Shown: piece after piece, positions 20,283 through 30,045 of the stretch
How positions within the stretch are numbered: the stretch's first letter is position 1
Layout of the letters: each line of letters opens with the position of its first letter
NCBI GenBank assembly: GCA_030754595.1
Contig: JASLZZ010000111.1
Location: 1 to 64,000 of the forward strand
Source of the DNA: Nitrospinota bacterium
Lineage (GTDB): Bacteria; UBA8248
Reading direction: 5' to 3'
Length of the DNA: 64,000 bases
Translations under genes and position numbers: made by a program
Notes under the pieces: model-generated
What the model was told of the DNA's origin: nothing
The model's input: the letters and a program-made list of their open reading frames with translations, nothing else
Databases searched by the model: none

Positions 20283-20438
20283 TCTCCTCATCAAGAATCA
20301 ATGGGCGGATTCCGGATCAAGCAATCACCCCCGCACCGGCCAGCGAATGGCCGGGCTGGCCACAGCCCTGGAACTCTCTTCTGTTATGAGGGGAAAGCCG
20401 CGATAGCTCAATCCCTGAATTCTCTGTTTTCATGGGGT

Positions 20439-21179
20439 TTATACCTTTCCCCCCGGAGGGTAGAGAACCAGCGTCTCCGTCCAAGCCTCCCTGGACAGGG
20501 TCAAAACGTATTCAAGCGACTCAGCGACCACCCCGGGCGGGATCATTTTCGATGCGTCGAACTCCCCCGGAATGCCTTCCCACATGCGGGTGGCGGTGGC
20601 GCCGGGGCGAAGGATGGTCACCCTGATCCCCCTGGGCCGAAGCTCCTGGACCAGCGCCCGGGAGAGACCCTCAAGCCCTGCCTTCGCGGCGCAATAGGCC
20701 GCTCCCCCCGCAAACCCGTCCACGGCGGCGATGGAGGAAATATTGATGACATCCCCGCCCGACTCCTCGAGGAGGGGAGCGAGTGATCGCGTGAGCAAAT
20801 AGGGGGCCTTCAGGCAAACCGCGAGCGTAGCGTCGAAATTCTCCGGGGAAAGGGCCTCAATCTCCCGGAAAACGGCGGCGCCCGCGTTGTTCACCAGGGC
20901 GTCCACACCACCGAGCCGCTTCCCGGCTTCCTCTGCCAGCGCCTCGGCCCCTGTTTCGTCGGTCACATCGCCGGGATAGGGGACGATCCGGCCCGGCAGC
21001 TCCGCCGCCTCACCAGCCAGGGCGTCCAGCGCCTCCAGCGCCTCGCCCCCTCGGGCGACAGCAAGAATGCGCGCGCCCCCACCGGCCAGCCGAAGGGCGC
21101 AGGCGCGGCCAATACCCCGAGAAGCGCCGGTGAGAACCACGCGCCTGCCCGCGAGGCCGATCACGCCTTCATCCCCCAC
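20439..21179 (-). CDS. Short-chain dehydrogenase/reductase
   Basis: TGASRGIG, NNAG, YCAAK. Confidence 0.92.
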   Translation of the reverse strand: MGDEGVIGLAGRRVVLTGASRGIGRACALRLAGGGARILAVARGGEALEALDALAGEAAELPGRIVPYPGDVTDETGAEALAEEAGKRLGGVDALVNNAGAAVFREIEALSPENFDATLAVCLKAPYLLTRSLAPLLEESGGDVINISSIAAVDGFAGGAAYCAAKAGLEGLSRALVQELRPRGIRVTILRPGATATRMWEGIPGEFDASKMIPPGVVAESLEYVLTLSREAWTETLVLYPPGGKV

Positions 21180-21180
21180 C

Positions 21181-21594
21181 CTACCGCTCCCCGTAGTAAT
21201 CGACGAAATTTCGCTCGTTCTCGAAAAGTCGAACCCGGTGAAGGAGTCCGCCCTCGATATGCGCCTCGATCCGCTCCCAGATGGATACGGCGAGATTCTC
21301 CGCCGTCGGAATCCGGTTTTTCATGAAATCGGCGGCGTCCTCGTTGAGATTTTTATGATCCACCTTCTCGACGACCTCTCGGCGCATGATCTCTTTCAGA
21401 TCGGCGAGGTTGTAGGTCATCCCCGTCCGAGGGTCCACGGGACCTCGGAGGGTCACCTCGAATACGTAGTTATGCCCGTGGTAGTGCGGGTTGGCGCAGA
21501 GGCCGTAGAGGGCCTCATTTTTCTCATCCGAAAAATCGGGACTAGACAGGCGGTGCGCCGCGCTGAACTCCTCGCGGCGGGTGATCTCCATCAT
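21181..21594 (-). CDS. 6-pyruvoyl-tetrahydropterin synthase / QueD family (CX5HGH type)
   Basis: FSAAHRL, CANPHYHGHNY, DHKNLN, PTAENLA; ATGA overlap with thrC stop. Confidence 0.9.
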   Translation of the reverse strand: MMEITRREEFSAAHRLSSPDFSDEKNEALYGLCANPHYHGHNYVFEVTLRGPVDPRTGMTYNLADLKEIMRREVVEKVDHKNLNEDAADFMKNRIPTAENLAVSIWERIEAHIEGGLLHRVRLFENERNFVDYYGER

Positions 21595-22805
21595 CCGGTC
21601 TGCTCCGGCAACGGATCCACGATCGGGCAGTCCACAGCGGCCATGTCGGCGTATTTGAGCGCCGTGGCGGTGTTGAACATCACGATGCGCTCGTCCGCGT
21701 CCACCGCGCCGCGCTCCCGGAGTGTCCGGAGGGCGGCGACGCAGGCCGCCCCCTCGGGGCAAACCGGCACGCCCTCAGCGGCCCCGGCCTCGCGCTGGGC
21801 CTCGAACATCGCCTCGTCGGGAACCGCCGCCGCCGTGCCGCCGCTCTCGCGAATCGCCTCGAGACACAGCGTATCGGCGAGCACCTTGGGGGCGCGCAGC
21901 CCCGAAACCCGCGTCGTCGGATTCTCCCAAAGCGTAGCCTCGTCCCGGCCCGCCTCAAGCGCCCTCACCAGCGGGGCGCACCCCTCGGCCTGGACCGAGA
22001 TCATGCGCGGCCGCTCCGAGCCGATCCATCCGATAGCCTCCATCTCGCCGAAGGCCTTCCACATCGCGACCAGGCCAGTGCCTCCGCCGGTGGGATACAC
22101 AATGGCGTCTGGAAGCTCTTCGTTCAACTGCTCGAAAAGCTCGAAGGCCATCGTCTTTTTTCCTTCGGCGCGGTAGGGCTCCTTGAAGGTGGACAGGTCG
22201 AACCAGCCCTCGCCGGGCCCCCGCCGGGCGACCAGGGCCCCGCAATGGTAGATGGTGCCGCGCACCTCGGTCACCTTCGCTCCGGCCAGGACGCACTCGG
22301 CCTTGTGTACGGCGGGCGCGTCCGCGGGGACGAAAATATGGGCCTCGAGTCCCGCGCGGGCGGCGTAGGCGGCGGCGGCGCCCCCCGCGTTTCCCGCCGT
22401 GGGAACGGCGATTTTTCCCGCCCCAAGGAGGCGGGCCATCGAGACGGCGGCGGACATCCCCCGTGCCTTGAAGCTGCCCGTCGGATTTTTTCCCTCGTCC
22501 TTGATGTAGAGCCGGCCCAGGCCCAGCCCCGCGCCCAGGCGGGGCGCCTCGAGGAGGGGAGTCATCCCCTCGCCGAGGGAGACGACAGCCTCAGCGGAGG
22601 GCGCGGGCAAAAGCTCGTGGTAGCGCCACATGTCCGCCCGCCGGTCCGCCAACGCCCCCGGGCGCAGGGTCCGGGCGGCGGCCTCGAGATCGTAGCGCGC
22701 CAGCAGGGGCGCGCCCGCCGGGCTTAAGTTGTGCAACGAGTCCGCCGGGAATCTTTCGCCCGTTTTTGAACACTCAAGTTCCATCAACGCGGAGTAACCG
22801 CTCAT
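21591..22805 (-). CDS. thrC: Threonine synthase (PLP-dependent)
   Basis: SLGEGMTPL, NPTGSFKARG, TAGNAG, YPTGGGTG, CPEGAA. Confidence 0.88.
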   Translation of the reverse strand: MSGYSALMELECSKTGERFPADSLHNLSPAGAPLLARYDLEAAARTLRPGALADRRADMWRYHELLPAPSAEAVVSLGEGMTPLLEAPRLGAGLGLGRLYIKDEGKNPTGSFKARGMSAAVSMARLLGAGKIAVPTAGNAGGAAAAYAARAGLEAHIFVPADAPAVHKAECVLAGAKVTEVRGTIYHCGALVARRGPGEGWFDLSTFKEPYRAEGKKTMAFELFEQLNEELPDAIVYPTGGGTGLVAMWKAFGEMEAIGWIGSERPRMISVQAEGCAPLVRALEAGRDEATLWENPTTRVSGLRAPKVLADTLCLEAIRESGGTAAAVPDEAMFEAQREAGAAEGVPVCPEGAACVAALRTLRERGAVDADERIVMFNTATALKYADMAAVDCPIVDPLPEQTG

Positions 22806-22939
22806 CCAGACCTCCGGCCAACCCTCCAGCGAGGCGCCATCCCGAAACGGGATTGGAATCGGGCCCCCGGTATCCGTATAAAGTAGATTATACGCTTGCT
22901 CCACATCTCCAAAATGGAAATTAGCCCATAAAGCCTAAA

Positions 22940-23308
22940 ATGCGCGGCGAAGACGAAATCGAATGGCTGCCGGCGGCCCTCCACCGGCAATTGGTTCAAA
23001 AGGAACTCCTCTCCCTCGCCGAGGCCGGGGAGCTCAACCTCCAGTTGTGGAAGATCCTCCGCGAGCGCACCGAGCCGGGCGGCACCGTCCTCCCGCACAC
23101 CCACGACACCGCCGAGATCATACACTTCACCCGTGGCGAGGTGAGGGCGCTCCTGAGCGAGGAGCGCACCGACTGCGGGCCCGGCGACATCCTTATCGTC
23201 CCCGCCGGCGCCATTCACGGGGTCTCGAACACGGCCGCCGGCCCGAGCGAGCAGATCAGTCTTCATCCCCGAAAAAGGAAAAGAGAATTTCGGGCACACC
23301 GAACTTGA
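22940..23308 (+). CDS. Cupin domain protein (C-terminus possibly frameshifted)
   Basis: PHTHDTAE...GDILIVPAGAIHG. Confidence 0.8.
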   Translation: MRGEDEIEWLPAALHRQLVQKELLSLAEAGELNLQLWKILRERTEPGGTVLPHTHDTAEIIHFTRGEVRALLSEERTDCGPGDILIVPAGAIHGVSNTAAGPSEQISLHPRKRKREFRAHRT

Positions 23309-23318
23309 GCCGGACATC

Positions 23319-23346
23319 GAAATTTAAACCGGGAAATTTAAACCGG
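23319..23346. repeat. Perfect 14-bp tandem duplication GAAATTTAAACCGG x2
   Basis: Read directly from sequence. Confidence 0.9.
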
Positions 23347-23375
23347 ATCATCCATCGTCCCGAAAGGAGAAACTC

Positions 23376-24251
23376 ATGGCAAGCCGAGCGAAGGTCATGC
23401 CAGCACCCGCGAGCACCCAGGGAATGGTCATGGTCACGAATGGCATATACGCCTATATCGGTGGCGGCGGGACCACGAACTTCGGCCTCATCCTCACGAA
23501 CGGCAAACCCGTCATCATCGACAACGACATACGCGTCCGCAAGCCGTTTCTCGCCGGAGTGCGCCGAATCACCAAAAAAGACGCCGGGCTCGTGCTGAAC
23601 ACCCACCATAATTTCGACCACACCTCGGACAACGGCTACTACGCAAAGCGGGGGGCGGTTTCCTTCGGTGTCGACCTCGTCCGGCAGGAAATGGAGCGCG
23701 AGTACGCCTCCGGAAACTGGGTGAAGCAGATGGCGGGCCGCGGCCCCAAGGTCGAACACTTCATCGGCAAGCTCGGCATCTCCCCGCCCGCCGTCACCTT
23801 CGAGGAGCAGATCGACATCCGCTACGGCGGGCGGCTGTTCCAGATGGTATATATCGATCGCTGCCACACCAAGGGCGACACCGTGGTCTGGATGCCCGAG
23901 GAGGGCGTTCTCTTCTCGGGCGACCTGCTCACCTACCGGACCCACCCGGTGAATCGCCTCGGCGATTTCATGAACTGGCTGCCGGCGCTCGGCGTCCTCA
24001 AAAAGTTTCCGGTGAAATACATCGTCCCCGGGCACGGCCCGCTCCCCCCGCGGGGAGGCGGGATCGTCGACGAGAACAAAACCTATCTCGCTCGCCTCAA
24101 AAACCGAACTGCGGCGGCACTCAATAAACACCGAACCCCCGCCAAGGCGGCCCAGGCCGTATCGATGCCCGAATACGCCAAATGGTTCCGCGCCCGGAAC
24201 GTCCCCAACAACGCGCTCAAGATGGCGAAGGATCTCAGAAAGAAACGCTAG
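23376..24251 (+). CDS. MBL-fold metallo-hydrolase (cyclase-like)
   Basis: NTHHNFDH, CHTKGD, FSGDL, VPGHG. Confidence 0.88.
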   Translation: MASRAKVMPAPASTQGMVMVTNGIYAYIGGGGTTNFGLILTNGKPVIIDNDIRVRKPFLAGVRRITKKDAGLVLNTHHNFDHTSDNGYYAKRGAVSFGVDLVRQEMEREYASGNWVKQMAGRGPKVEHFIGKLGISPPAVTFEEQIDIRYGGRLFQMVYIDRCHTKGDTVVWMPEEGVLFSGDLLTYRTHPVNRLGDFMNWLPALGVLKKFPVKYIVPGHGPLPPRGGGIVDENKTYLARLKNRTAAALNKHRTPAKAAQAVSMPEYAKWFRARNVPNNALKMAKDLRKKR

Positions 24252-24275
24252 CCCGGTTTTTCAAGGAGGCGCACC

Positions 24276-25145
24276 ATGCCGAAAACGTCCAAACTAAAGG
24301 GCAAAACGACGACGCTCCGCGAAATAGCCAAAGGGGTATACGTCTATATCGGCGGAAGCGGGTTGACCAATTTCGGCCTCGTCCTCACGAAGGACAAGCC
24401 CGTCGTCATCGACAGCGACATGCGCGTCCGCAAACGTTTCATAAAGGGGATGCGCCGGGTCACCCGTAAAAACGCGGGCCTTGTCTTCAACACCCATCAC
24501 AACTTCGATCACACCTCGGACAACCGCTACCACGCCCTGCGCGGCGCCGTCACCATCGGGTCTGAGTTCACTCGCCGGGAGATGGGGCCCGAAATGGAGA
24601 CGAAAGGGGTGGCCCACCACCTCCGGAACGGGTTCAGCCTGGAACGCCGCGCACCGAATCTCGGCATCGACCCTCCCATGGTCACCTTCAGGGATCGCCT
24701 GGAGATTCGCTACGGCGGGCGGCTCTTCCGGATCATCTACTTCGGCCACTGCCACACGAAGGGCGACTCGGTGATCTGAATGCCCGAGGAGAAAATCCTC
24801 TTCGCCGGCGATCTGATCGCCTATCGCTCCCACACCGCCTCAAGCCAGGGCGACTTCGACAACTGGCGGCAGGCCCTCAACCGGCTCAAATAATTCCCGG
24901 CGCGGCGATTTATGCCCGGCCACGGAGAGCTGCCTCCCCGGGGCGGCGGGATCGTGGAGGAAAACATCGCCTACTTCAACAATTTGCGCCGCCGCGCCGC
25001 CGCCGCCCTCAAGAAAGAAAGTTCACCCGCCAAGGCCGCCGCTCTCGTCCGGATGCCCGAATGCACCCGGTGGACCCGCCCGCACAACCTCGCCACCAAC
25101 ACCCTGAGCATGGCCCGGCATCTGAAGCGGAAGAATAAAGGTTAG
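24276..25145 (+). pseudogene. Tandem MBL-fold paralog with two nonsense codons
   Basis: Colinear with 23376..24251; TGA 24777-79 where paralog has W, TAA 24891-93 where paralog has K; frame continues to MPGHG... Confidence 0.9.
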
Positions 25146-25708
25146 CCCCACGCCTCGGGCGGCGGCTCGCCGGGGAAATCTTCGGGCCGGACGTCTCCGC
25201 GCGCGCGGCGGCCAATGAGGCGGCCCGAAGGGAGGGCGAAGCGGCTCTCGACCTCGGCGGACGAGGACCAGGGCTCGTCGTTCCGGAATCCGCCGAGGCG
25301 AATCTCGCCCCGGACGATGAGCGTGTCCCCCTCGGTCACCGGCGTCTCGCGAACAACACCGGTACGCATGTCCGAGAAACGCACCTCACCTTCATCCACC
25401 CCGAAGGCGAAGACCGCCCCGCTGCGCCGCCAGTTGACGACGGCGTACTGGCCTTCGCTCTCGCTTCTGTTCATGTCGGCGACGCTGGTTCCGGCGATGA
25501 GAAGGCCGCCCCGGATGAGCGGGGGCGCGAGGACCCAGCCCGCCGGGCAGTCGATCCGCCAGCGAAAGTTGCCTCTCGCCCGGTCGATGGCGAAAAACAT
25601 CCCGCCCTCCTGATCGTTCCGGACGCCGAAAATCGAGGCTTCGTCCGCCACATAAAGCGAAGAGAACACCCCCAGCCGGGTCATCATCTCGTCGGGTGAA
25701 ATCGTCAC
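25142..25708 (-). CDS. Hypothetical protein with partial PQQ-like beta-propeller repeats
   Basis: FFAIDRARGNFRW and VFAFGVDEGEVRF repeats. Confidence 0.55.
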   Translation of the reverse strand: MTISPDEMMTRLGVFSSLYVADEASIFGVRNDQEGGMFFAIDRARGNFRWRIDCPAGWVLAPPLIRGGLLIAGTSVADMNRSESEGQYAVVNWRRSGAVFAFGVDEGEVRFSDMRTGVVRETPVTEGDTLIVRGEIRLGGFRNDEPWSSSAEVESRFALPSGRLIGRRARGDVRPEDFPGEPPPEAWG

Positions 25709-25790
25709 GGGGCCTCCCGGCGCTCTATCCAGAGAAGAACTTAAAAAATAGACTCTTGCGGGCCGCCGGCGAAGCTGGGATGATCACCCG

Positions 25791-27219
25791 GTGCCGCTGC
25801 CGGCGCAGGCTCCACCTGGGAGCGCGCGGGGCGGCAAGCCTCTCAAGGCTAGCCTCTCAACAGTGGAGTGGCTAATGACCCGGGGCGGCGGACTTTTTCC
25901 CGGCGGGCTCCCGCGCAGCTGGCGGGAGATCAGTAGCGTCTTCTGGAGCAGCCTCTGGGGCGCCCACGCCGCGCTCCACCTGCCCATCCTAGCACTCGTT
26001 CGCTTCTACGCCGATCAGGCCCCCATCCGGGCCGCCGCACTCACCTACACCACCCTGCTCTCGATCGTGCCCGTCCTTGCCTTTAGCTTCGCCATCCTCC
26101 GCGGGCTGGGTTTCGACCAGGGGATTTACGAATACATCATCGAGCAGCTCGGGCCCGTTTTTAACACCGATGTGCGCGAGCAACTCTTCGCCTTTATCGG
26201 CAAGGTCAATTTCAAGACCCTGGGCGCGACCGGCCTCGGGGTGTTTCTCTTGAGCGTCATCCTCACCCTCAACACCGTGGAGCGCTCCCTGAACGTCATC
26301 TTCGACGTGAAAGAAGATCGGCCGCTGTCCAGAAAATTCACCGACTACTTCAGCATGATATTTTTTACGCCGCTCCTTCTCGGAATCATCCTCAGCTCGA
26401 CGGCGCTTTTCAAGATTCGCGGCTTCGTCGCCTCGCTCGGCTCCTACTGGTTCCTGACCACCGGGGCGGAGCTCCTGCTCAAGCTGGTGCCGCTGGCCGG
26501 CTCGATTATTCTCATCACGCTGATGTTGATCGTTTTGCCGAACGCCAGGATCCGGTTCGTCCCCGGTCTGGCGGGCGGAGCGGTCGGCGGGGTGTTGATG
26601 TTCTTTCTTCAGTGGGGCTACGTCAGCTTTCAGGTGGGATTCGCCGGCAAGATGGCCATTTACGGCCATCTCGCCCAACTTCCCATCTTGATGGTCTGGA
26701 TTTATCTCAGCTGGTGCATTTTATTTTACGCGGCGGGGCTATCGGCCCTCGTCCAGGGCGTTCCGGACAAGACCGGAGCGCGGGGAGCGGCGGCGGGCGG
26801 CTGGGAGCCCGCCCTGATGGTTGATGGCCTCCCTCGCGTCACGCGCCACCACACGGGAGCCGCCGTTGACCCTCGAGGGACTCGAAAAAAAGCTGGACTA
26901 TCCCGGCGAAATCCTGATAGATATAATTAACAGATTGAAGAAAAGCGGCCTCGTCGCCGAAACCGGCGAAGATAAGCAGTTGCTCGCGGCGCGGAGTCCG
27001 GCCGCAATCGCGGCCATCGAAATTTTCGACGCCGCCGAGGACACGCCGCACACGGGCGCCGGAGGCGAGTACGCCCGGGCGGGGGCGCTTCTCGGCGAGA
27101 CACACAAGAAGCGGCGACAGGCTCTCGAGGGGGTCACTCTCGATATGCTGCTCGAAGGCGACGACCGGGCCGGAAGCGCGGGTCATATGCCCGCCGCCGA
27201 GGCTTCCGCCGAAGGATGA
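25791..27219 (+). pseudogene. YihY/BrkB family membrane protein with C-terminal Rrf2-like HTH, frameshifted
   Basis: RAAALTYTTLLSIVP, ERSLNVIF, LPILMVWIYLSW; +1 nt at ~26821 separates the HTH ORF 26821..27219 (IINRLKKSGLV...LAARSPAAI); start uncertain. Confidence 0.8.
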
Positions 27220-27275
27220 ACGAAGGCAGACAGGAAAAACCAGCTTGACCGGTGCCCATCAAAGAGGATGCCAGC

Positions 27276-27839
27276 ATGGCCGTCATCACCATTTCACGTC
27301 AGTACGGAACCGGCGGGATCCACATCGGCCGGGGAATCGCCGAAAAACTTGGCTACCGGTTCATGTATCTTGACGAGTTGGCAGCGGCCTGCCGCGAGCA
27401 CGGGCTGGAAATCGACCTCGAACGCATCGAAGGGCGGGCCCCGAAAATTGTCGAGCGCCTCTTCAGGCTCAACCGAGACGAGGTCCGCAATACCATCCAG
27501 GAAGTAATGAAAGAAGCTGCCCGGGCCGGAGATGTCGTTATCTGCGGATGGGGAGGCCAGGTTTTACTCAAGGATCATCCCGGCGCGCTGCACCTGCGGA
27601 TCGTGGGCTCGGACGAATCGCGCACCCGGCACATCATGAATTCCGCCGGCCTCCCGTATGCCCAGGCGAACGAAGTTGTCGAGAAGACCAGCCGCGACCA
27701 AAGTCTTTTTTCGCATTTTTTCTTCAACGTGGATTTCTCCGACCCCAAGCTCTACCACACCGCGTTGAACATTGATCAGACTTCTCGAGAGGAAATTGTG
27801 GAAACGGCCGCGTTTATGCTCGAGGAAATAAGGCAGTAA
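27276..27839 (+). CDS. Cytidylate kinase-like family protein
   Basis: VITISRQYGTGG...IAEKLGY, VICGWGG, DPKLYH. Confidence 0.85.
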   Translation: MAVITISRQYGTGGIHIGRGIAEKLGYRFMYLDELAAACREHGLEIDLERIEGRAPKIVERLFRLNRDEVRNTIQEVMKEAARAGDVVICGWGGQVLLKDHPGALHLRIVGSDESRTRHIMNSAGLPYAQANEVVEKTSRDQSLFSHFFFNVDFSDPKLYHTALNIDQTSREEIVETAAFMLEEIRQ

Positions 27840-27891
27840 ACAGCCGCGGACGGATGAGCCGGCAAGGCGCCTCATCGTTCAGGCTGGCCGA

Positions 27892-29115
27892 TCAAGCCGG
27901 CCGGGCCGCCCGCCGGGTTGCCGCCACCCCGGTGAAAAGTGAAAGCATATTCATCACCAGCACCAGCACGAAAGCCCACTGATAGCTTCCCGTCACGTCG
28001 AAAATATAACCCGCGAACCACGGACCCAGCCCCGACGCCAGCCCCGCGCCCAGCTGGCTGAACCCGAGGATGCGCCCGAAACTCTTGCCCGGGAAAATGT
28101 CGGCCTTGAGCGAGACAAAAGAGGTTCCACGGGCTCCGGCCCCGATTCCGTAGAGCAGGACAAACGGATAGACCAGCATCCAGCGATCCGCCGAAACGAG
28201 CATCAGGCACAAAACGCCCGACAAACCGATCGCACTGGCCGCCGCGAACGTCCACCGCCTGCCTACCAAGTCCCCGATCCATCCCCCGGCGATGCCGCTC
28301 AAGGCCCGCAAAATGGCCATGAATCCGAGAAGCCACGCCGCCATGATTGTGGTGATGCCGACGTCCACCATGTGGGCCACCTGGTGGACCCCCACGATGC
28401 TGAACGAAGCGCCCTGGAAAATTCCCGACATGAAAAGAAGCCAAAAGGCTCGATTGCGGATCGCCCGGGCGAGCGTCCAGTCCGACCCGTCTTCGCCCGG
28501 CTTTGTTTTTTTCGGCTCGAGCGGCTGGCGATGAAGAAACAGGTTGAGGGGCAAAAGGACCGCAACGATGCCGGCGGCGAGGATGAGATAAGCCGAACGC
28601 CAGCCCGCCCAGTCGATCAGAAACGCCGAAAGCGGCACGAGAATCAGGCTCCCGGCGCTCCTCCCGGAATGGGCGATTCCCAACGCGGTGGACCGCATCC
28701 GTACGAACCACTGACTCACCACGGTGCTCGTCGGAATCATCCCGATGAGGGTGACGCCAAGGGCGACAATTACGCCGTAGAAAAGATAGAGCGTAAAGCG
28801 GCTCGAAACCGCGGACATCAGGACCAGGCCCGCGCCCAGGACAACCACCCCGGAGGGTACCACCACCCGCGGGCCGAAACGGTCGATCAGGGCGCCGATG
28901 GGCCCGGCGGAGATGGCGAATGTCACCATCGAGGTGGAAAACGCCAAGGCCGTATCGGCCCGGGACCAGCCGAATTCTTCGAGAAAGGTGACGTAGAAAA
29001 CGGGAAAGGTGCTGACGATCGATCCGCCGATGGCCATCGTGAGAAACGTCAAACCGACGACGAGCCACCCGTAGTAGCGCGGATTGCCCTCGCCCGTTGT
29101 TTCAAAGAAGCGCAC
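27892..29115 (-). CDS. MFS transporter
   Basis: YYGWLVV, GALIDRFGPR, multiple TM segments; GGAGG before GTG 29115. Confidence 0.9.
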   Translation of the reverse strand: MRFFETTGEGNPRYYGWLVVGLTFLTMAIGGSIVSTFPVFYVTFLEEFGWSRADTALAFSTSMVTFAISAGPIGALIDRFGPRVVVPSGVVVLGAGLVLMSAVSSRFTLYLFYGVIVALGVTLIGMIPTSTVVSQWFVRMRSTALGIAHSGRSAGSLILVPLSAFLIDWAGWRSAYLILAAGIVAVLLPLNLFLHRQPLEPKKTKPGEDGSDWTLARAIRNRAFWLLFMSGIFQGASFSIVGVHQVAHMVDVGITTIMAAWLLGFMAILRALSGIAGGWIGDLVGRRWTFAAASAIGLSGVLCLMLVSADRWMLVYPFVLLYGIGAGARGTSFVSLKADIFPGKSFGRILGFSQLGAGLASGLGPWFAGYIFDVTGSYQWAFVLVLVMNMLSLFTGVAATRRAARPA

Positions 29116-29240
29116 GGTTACGCTCCCTCCTCCGCACGAGGCGACATACAACCCGGGCGCTTCCCCCGAAGGGGAACGCGCCCGCCGGACTCAGGCTGAA
29201 AGATGAATCGGCAATAACGAGCCGCCGGGAAGGGCGGAGC

Positions 29241-29876
29241 TTAAATTTCCGAGAGATTGGCGTTCACAACCAGGAACCGGACCTCGGTCCGGCTGTTATT
29301 CTCCAGATTGAGCCGGCCGTTCGATTCGCAATGAAGGGAATCGCCCTCTTTGAGGTGAAAGGATTCCTCGCCCCGGCAAATGCACAACTCGCCCTTGAGG
29401 CAATAGATCAGGTGCTCTCCGCCCGCCTGGGCGATCGGATTCTTGCTTTTGCTACCGGGCTCGAGCGTCCGGTACACCGACTCGAGCCGGCCCTTGCGGA
29501 GGCGCTCGGCCACAACTTCAGTCCGGCCTTCCTGGCCGCTCGCGAGAAGTGACCGCTCTTTTTTCCGGATATGGCGAACCTCGGGGTAGGATTCCTCTTC
29601 CTCGACAAAATGGCTCACCCGATGCCCAAGCGCGGTGGCGAGTTTCACGAGCGTCGTAACGGTGGGCACCATGCCGTTGGTTTCGATCTTGTAGATGCCC
29701 GCGGGGGAAACGCCCGAAAGCTCGGAGAGCTTCTGGATAGAATGTCCGTTTCTCTTCCGAATATTGCGAACCTTCTCGCCGATCCGGACTTCGGGAACCT
29801 TAAGCTCGACTTTTGGAGCGGGCGATTTATCAGTTTTGCGCGGACGGCCTACTTTTTTTTTCGTTTTTGTTGTCAT
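29241..29876 (-). CDS. XRE-family HTH + cupin transcriptional regulator
   Basis: IGEKVRNIRK...LSELSGVS...KIE..PTVTTLVKLA; C-terminal cupin LKEGDSL; GGAGG SD. Confidence 0.88.
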   Translation of the reverse strand: MTTKTKKKVGRPRKTDKSPAPKVELKVPEVRIGEKVRNIRKRNGHSIQKLSELSGVSPAGIYKIETNGMVPTVTTLVKLATALGHRVSHFVEEEESYPEVRHIRKKERSLLASGQEGRTEVVAERLRKGRLESVYRTLEPGSKSKNPIAQAGGEHLIYCLKGELCICRGEESFHLKEGDSLHCESNGRLNLENNSRTEVRFLVVNANLSEI

Positions 29877-30045
29877 GTTTATTGTTTACCTCCTCTTGTT
29901 CGGCGACAATCCGCACCGGACCATTAAAATAAAATACGGTTCTTGATAGTGGTTGGGGAAATCATACCTTCGTCAATAGTTATATATGATACGACACCAA
30001 ACCATAACATCCGATTTTAAAGAAGTCTATATCTGCCGGGGAAAA

